NCBI GenBank assembly: GCA_036759185.1 | Contig: DAIOVD010000006.1 | Coordinates: 1 to 49,741 of the forward strand | Length of the DNA: 49,741 bases | Direction: 5' to 3' | From: Catalimonadaceae bacterium | GTDB taxonomy: Bacteria; Bacteroidota; Bacteroidia; Cytophagales; Flexibacteraceae | Shown: in pieces, positions 45,075 to 49,741 of the stretch | Position numbering within the stretch: the first letter of the stretch is position 1 | How the letters are laid out: the number at the start of each line of letters is the position of its first letter | Position numbers and translations under genes: made by a program | Notes under the pieces: model-generated | Database searches by the model: none | Told to the model about the DNA's origin: nothing | What the model saw: only the letters and a program-made list of their open reading frames with translations

Positions 45075-48000
45075 TCAGAGCAAAGGGCTGCCTTTCTGCA
45101 CAGATTTTAACCCGGAAGGATCATCGAATTCTACATTCAGGAGAAGGAAGCTGATTTCTTTCAGGAGTTCATTCTTCAGTTTGAGTCTGCCTTCAGGTAC
45201 CATTGATTCTGAATGTTGCCATTCAGATGCCAGATAACCAAGCTTTTCAAACCCAATGTTTAACGCAAGCCCTTTGATGGAATGGGCTAGTTCACCTGCA
45301 GTTGCTCCACTTTCTTCATTTATCTTCAATTCCGAATCAAAATGAAGGAGCTGTTCTTTCGCCAGTCGCAATAGCTTCGATATGAGATCCCTGTTGTTGA
45401 GGGTTTTATTTTTCAGATCATCGATATTGAAATGCATTTTTCCTTCAGGTACTGGTTCAGTTGCATTCCGTTTTTTTGATAATATCCAGAAATCCAGAGC
45501 TTTCTCCAAAACTCCGGGACGAACAGGTTTGGAAATGAAATCATCCATTCCGGCATCAAAGCACTTATCTTTTTCTTCAGAGGTAGTGCCGGCCGTTAGA
45601 GCAATAATGGGAACCCTGGACAAACCTTCCTGACTCCGGATGGACCGGGTCGCATCAAAACCATTCATTTCCGGCATTTGAACATCCATAAAAACAATGT
45701 CGTGCTGCTCTCTCCGAAAACAGTCTACAGCCTCTATTCCATTTTCAGCCTGGCAAATTCGGGCATCAGGAACATGGTGCCGGATAATGGTTTCAGCCAG
45801 AAGCATATTCACCGGATTGTCTTCAGCAATCAGAATCCGGATTTCACAAGGTTGCTTTTTTTCGATCACCAATTCATTGGCTGCTTCCACTTCAGCAGAC
45901 TTCTGGCCTGTGAAAATCTGCCCGATTTCCTGGATAAGGCGGTCAGGCATAACAGGTTTCACCAATTCGAGAACCTGCCCACTGAAAACAGGAGTTTGTT
46001 GGTAATCAGCTGATTCGACGGACGGAATCATACGGATCAGAGGGATAGAGTTCAGTTGAAACATCAGCTGTTTCTGTATGTCAGCATCATACACTGATCC
46101 ATTTATTTCCATAAAAGCGGAATCCATCAGAATGGCATCAAAATGTGGATCCTTGGCTTCCAGAACAAGGGATTCAGGTGTTAGCGACTGTATGACCCGG
46201 ATCTGACAACTCTTCAGGATATGTGTGAGTATTTCCATCTGCCCTGGATTGCGGTCGGCTACAAGAACAGTTTTTCCTAACCAGTCCGGTAATTTGCCCG
46301 ATGGATCCTGCTTCAGCACAGGAAGCATAATGTCGAAATAAAATGTACTGCCAACCCCGGGTTTGCTTTGTACCTTGAGCTGTGATCCCATTAATGCCAG
46401 AAGCGTATTGGAGATGGCAAGTCCCAATCCGGTCCCTCCATACTTTCGGGTGGTGGAGGCATCGGCTTGCGAAAAGGCATCAAATATTGTCTCCAGCTTG
46501 TCGGGATCAATTCCAATGCCGGTATCCCGCACTGAAAACCGGTATTTCATCGCATCCTTTTGGGATGAAGGCATAATCTGAATCTTCAACTCAATTTCGC
46601 CTTCAGCTGTAAATTTGACTGCGTTGCCCAGAAGGTTGACAAGAATCTGCCGCAGGCGCAACGGATCGGTCATTGCAAAACGGCTGCAATCAGAAGAGAT
46701 ATCCAGAAGCAATTCCAGCTTTTTCTTGTGGGCCTGGTATTTAACGGAATCCACAACCTGAGAAAACAAATCGTACAGATCTGTGGAGACGGGTTCCATT
46801 TCCAGTTTTCCGGCTTCAATTTTTGAGAAATCCAGAATATCGTTGATGATTTCAAGAAGTGATTGCGCTGAATGATGGATGGTTTGTGCGAACCTTTTCT
46901 GGACGTGGTCCAGATCTGTTTTCACCAGCTGATCCGAAAATCCAATGATACCATTGAGAGGTGTGCGAATTTCGTGGCTCATGTTTGCCAGGAATTCGGA
47001 TTTCGACTTACTGGCTGCAATGGCTTGTTCTCTAGCTTGCAGAATGGCGATTTCTTCTTCTTTTCGCTTGGTGATGTCCCGCACCACCGCCTGTAAAACA
47101 TGCTGGCCATTGAGGTTCATGGCAGTCAGAAATACTTCGGCCTTGAAATTTTTCTGGGTATCTACCCTTTTGTGAATCCACTCAAACGACTGGTTACCTA
47201 ATTCGTATGCTTTGGAAATCCGCACATTGGCCAGATCCCGGCTCAGACCGCCATCAGCCTGTATCCTTGGTGAAACATCAGCTGGGTGGAGCAGGCAAAA
47301 TTCTTCTTTTGACTTCACACCAAACATGCTCACTGTAGCCGGATTGCAATCAAAAAATCCTTTGTCGTCTAACAACATAACGGCATCGCCGGTGGATTGG
47401 TACAGACTTCGGTAGGTGAGCTCCGATAAAACCAGGGCTTGTTCGGCGGCTTTGTAATGGCTGATGTCTTGCAAAAAACCATACCAGACCACTTTCTCGC
47501 CCTGTTGTGAAGGCATGGCTTCACCACGGATCCAACGCTCTTTTCCATTGGATTGAATGATCCGGAAGTCCACCTCCCATTTGGTAAGTTTTTGAAAAGA
47601 ATTGTGTATGGAATGTTTTACAAGCGGACGATCATCTTCCAGAACTTTTTTATAAATGAGAACCGGATTCTGAAATACATCTTCGACCTGAAGTCCAAAC
47701 GTATCATACAATCCCTCTGACATATATTGAAATGAATAGGATTTGTCCTGTTTCATTTCAAACTGAAATACACAACCAGGAACCTGATCGGTGATGTTTT
47801 TTAGAAGCCTGGATGATTTTTGAATTTCGATTTCCGTCCGTTTGAATGAATCGATATTCTGAAAAGTCCCATACAGCCGGGTGCACCGTCCGTTTTTCCA
47901 TTCTGGTTTTCCAATGGCTCTGATCCAGACATCCTGATTCCTGTCGTTAACAATCTGTAGTTCCAGGTCGTAGGGAGTACCATCCATAATAGCCTTTTGC

Positions 48001-49379
48001 ACTGCATTTTCGACTTTGCTGCGACTTTCTCCTTCTTTGTAAAAACCAAAGATCTGGTCCATTTCCAGCACTACATCTTTGCCCACACCGTGGATCTCGC
48101 GGGTTACATCTGACCAGGTAATTTTGTTCTGAGTCAAATCATAATTCCAGCCTCCGATTCGTGCAACCTGATTGGTTTCCTGGAGCATTTCGCGGGTAAT
48201 CGCCAGTTCTTCTTCTGCCTTTTTCCTGGTACTGATATCCCTGACTGAAGCGATGTAGTTGGTGCAAACTCCTGAGTCGTCCAACACTTTAGTGATGGTA
48301 ATATCAGACCAGAACTTCCTGCCCGTTTTGGTCTGACTTTGCAAAATCCCGGAATAAACTCCGCTGCTATTCAGCGATTCACGCATTGTTTCATAAAGCC
48401 CTTCATTTAAGGAGGGGTCGAAGAGAAGATCAAATGGATTTTGGTCCTGAATGTCAGTTAGCTGATGGCCCGTGAGTCTGCTAAAGGAATTATTAACCCA
48501 AACAATACGCCCTAGCTGATTGGTAATAACAATGGCATCGGACGTTTTCGACACCACAAGGGCCAGCTCATTGAGACGGGATTCCGCCTTCTTTTTCTCG
48601 GTGATGTTTCGTATGATGAAAATATTCTCGATCAGGGCTCCTTCATCGTCAAGCAGGCAGGACACATATCCGGCAAAATGTTCCACTTTTCCATTGATCT
48701 CGAGGGAATACTCAATTTCTGAATTTCTCCCGGAAATCTTTGAAATCTCAATTGCCTGGTGGAATTGGTCAGGTATTTCTTTTGGAAGACCAATTTCAAA
48801 CAGATTTTTTTTATGAAACTGTTCCGGCGGAAGGAACAGGATCTCATCGTTTTTGGTCTGGTAATATTCTGTGATGATGAAATTTTTATCCACCACCAGC
48901 ACCAGATCGCCAAGATGGTATAGAATTTCTTTGAGTCTTTTGTTGGTATTGGACAGGTAAACTTCTTTTTGCTTTTCGCTGGTGATATCAATGTGAGCAC
49001 CAAGCATTCGTTTTGGAACTCCGTTTTCATCCCGGATGGCCATTCCCCGGCATCGGATCCAGACAGTGGAGCCATTGGAATGCAGATAACGGATGACCTG
49101 GTCATATGGAAAGGTAGGATCCTGCAGATGGCGGGTTACCAGTTCCTGTGCTTTCTGAAGATCTTCCTCATTGATCAGATTTCTCCAGGAAGCAGGAGAA
49201 TTGGGCATGTTTTCGGGCTCATAACCCAGGGTTTTCCAGAAGCGGGCGTTCATCCACTCTTCTTCCGGTTTTTCCAGATCCCAATACCATAATCCGTCCA
49301 ATGAAGAGTCCTGGATGAAATCAAAAATGAGATCATCCGTCTTCATCAGCTCATACAACTCTCGCTTTAAATAATACAT
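45075..49379 (-). CDS. Cytoplasmic multi-PAS hybrid sensor histidine kinase (PAS x ~6, HisKA, HATPase, degenerate receiver, receiver, HPt)
   Basis: H-box SHEIRTPLNGI; G-boxes DTGIGI and GTGLGLAIS; receiver ILIAEDNPVN...VFMDVQMPEMNGFD...ALTA; HPt HSIKGLALNIGF. No N-terminal TM segment. Confidence 0.9.
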   Translation of the reverse strand: MYYLKRELYELMKTDDLIFDFIQDSSLDGLWYWDLEKPEEEWMNARFWKTLGYEPENMPNSPASWRNLINEEDLQKAQELVTRHLQDPTFPYDQVIRYLHSNGSTVWIRCRGMAIRDENGVPKRMLGAHIDITSEKQKEVYLSNTNKRLKEILYHLGDLVLVVDKNFIITEYYQTKNDEILFLPPEQFHKKNLFEIGLPKEIPDQFHQAIEISKISGRNSEIEYSLEINGKVEHFAGYVSCLLDDEGALIENIFIIRNITEKKKAESRLNELALVVSKTSDAIVITNQLGRIVWVNNSFSRLTGHQLTDIQDQNPFDLLFDPSLNEGLYETMRESLNSSGVYSGILQSQTKTGRKFWSDITITKVLDDSGVCTNYIASVRDISTRKKAEEELAITREMLQETNQVARIGGWNYDLTQNKITWSDVTREIHGVGKDVVLEMDQIFGFYKEGESRSKVENAVQKAIMDGTPYDLELQIVNDRNQDVWIRAIGKPEWKNGRCTRLYGTFQNIDSFKRTEIEIQKSSRLLKNITDQVPGCVFQFEMKQDKSYSFQYMSEGLYDTFGLQVEDVFQNPVLIYKKVLEDDRPLVKHSIHNSFQKLTKWEVDFRIIQSNGKERWIRGEAMPSQQGEKVVWYGFLQDISHYKAAEQALVLSELTYRSLYQSTGDAVMLLDDKGFFDCNPATVSMFGVKSKEEFCLLHPADVSPRIQADGGLSRDLANVRISKAYELGNQSFEWIHKRVDTQKNFKAEVFLTAMNLNGQHVLQAVVRDITKRKEEEIAILQAREQAIAASKSKSEFLANMSHEIRTPLNGIIGFSDQLVKTDLDHVQKRFAQTIHHSAQSLLEIINDILDFSKIEAGKLEMEPVSTDLYDLFSQVVDSVKYQAHKKKLELLLDISSDCSRFAMTDPLRLRQILVNLLGNAVKFTAEGEIELKIQIMPSSQKDAMKYRFSVRDTGIGIDPDKLETIFDAFSQADASTTRKYGGTGLGLAISNTLLALMGSQLKVQSKPGVGSTFYFDIMLPVLKQDPSGKLPDWLGKTVLVADRNPGQMEILTHILKSCQIRVIQSLTPESLVLEAKDPHFDAILMDSAFMEINGSVYDADIQKQLMFQLNSIPLIRMIPSVESADYQQTPVFSGQVLELVKPVMPDRLIQEIGQIFTGQKSAEVEAANELVIEKKQPCEIRILIAEDNPVNMLLAETIIRHHVPDARICQAENGIEAVDCFRREQHDIVFMDVQMPEMNGFDATRSIRSQEGLSRVPIIALTAGTTSEEKDKCFDAGMDDFISKPVRPGVLEKALDFWILSKKRNATEPVPEGKMHFNIDDLKNKTLNNRDLISKLLRLAKEQLLHFDSELKINEESGATAGELAHSIKGLALNIGFEKLGYLASEWQHSESMVPEGRLKLKNELLKEISFLLLNVEFDDPSGLKSVQKGSPLL

Positions 49380-49584
49380 AGTTAAAATTGGATTTGTGGG
49401 ATGGTCAGCCGCAAAATACGGATTTGGCCTAATTCACAGAATGAATTTTCGACAGGAATCAACGTGATTTTTATGTCAGTATCTTTCCAGATTTGCCTTC
49501 AACAGGTTGAATGGCCTCTTTCTTGACTTGATTCTGTGATCACCTTGGCATTGTGGTTCAACCGGCGTACCTTTGCCTCCCGCT

Positions 49585-49658
49585 GGTTCCGTAGTTCAAT
49601 TGGATAGAATATCAGATTTCGGCTCTGAGGGTTGGGAGTTCGAGTCTCTCCGGGATCA
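49585..49658 (+). tRNA. tRNA-Arg (anticodon UCG), 74 nt
   Basis: Hand fold: acceptor GGTTCCG/CGGGATC (two G-U pairs), D-arm GTTC/GAAT, anticodon stem TCAGA/TCTGA with loop TTTCGGC, T-arm GGGAG-TTCGAGT-CTCTC, discriminator A. Confidence 0.85.
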
Positions 49659-49672
49659 CCTATTTTAGTCGT

Positions 49673-49709
49673 AAAGCCTTGTAAGTTAGATACTTGCAAG
49701 GCTTTTTTC
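49673..49709 (+). terminator. Intrinsic terminator after tRNA-Arg
   Basis: AAAGCCTTGTAAGT-taga-TACTTGCAAGGCTTT followed by a T-run. Confidence 0.8.
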
Positions 49710-49741
49710 TTATCGGGGTAAACATAGGGTAAACATTTTAA

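Noticed and set aside
49499-49699. 66-aa minus-strand ORF.
   Set aside because: It overlaps the tRNA-Arg gene and its terminator hairpin, so it is not a plausible gene.

Overview
This looks like a Bacteroidota-type chromosomal segment. Several proteins carry type IX secretion (T9SS) C-terminal sorting domains, and the housekeeping genes fit that phylum (rpsT, kdsB, phoH, thiolase, tRNA-Ser, tRNA-Arg). All calls come from reading the supplied translations and the DNA by eye; no database search was run.

Gene content, left to right:
- A TolC-family gene fragment.
- An overlapping DUF4160/DUF2442 small-gene pair.
- Three T9SS cargo genes, one of them frameshifted.
- A 1.5-kb ORF-poor, repeat-dense island (6351-7872).
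- A 2278-aa modular T9SS adhesin, divergent from a secreted DRGH nuclease.
- A cytochrome-b5-like protein, a TPR protein and a deoxyhypusine-synthase-like gene.
- A sulP-dabA-dabB inorganic-carbon uptake operon.
- OsmC, then an orphan LytTR regulator followed by an ANL ligase and a translationally coupled unknown gene.
- An RDD protein, a thiolase, an RRM RNA-binding protein and an SPFH protein.
- An envelope glycosylation cluster: GT2, two GT-C-like membrane proteins, an SGNH hydrolase, an acyltransferase-3 and a beta-barrel outer membrane protein.
- An S41 peptidase, rpsT, tRNA-Ser, a thioesterase, phoH, an SDR, kdsB, a 1434-aa multi-PAS hybrid histidine kinase and tRNA-Arg.

No CRISPR array, transposase, integrase or recognisable defence system is visible.

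The least explained signal is the non-coding island. It holds a helically phased array of CAATTG palindromes (three pairs, each exactly 21 bp apart), a block of alternately oriented 12-nt segments that can form mutually exclusive hairpins, and a pair of ~90-bp direct repeats. None of these matches a feature class I can name.
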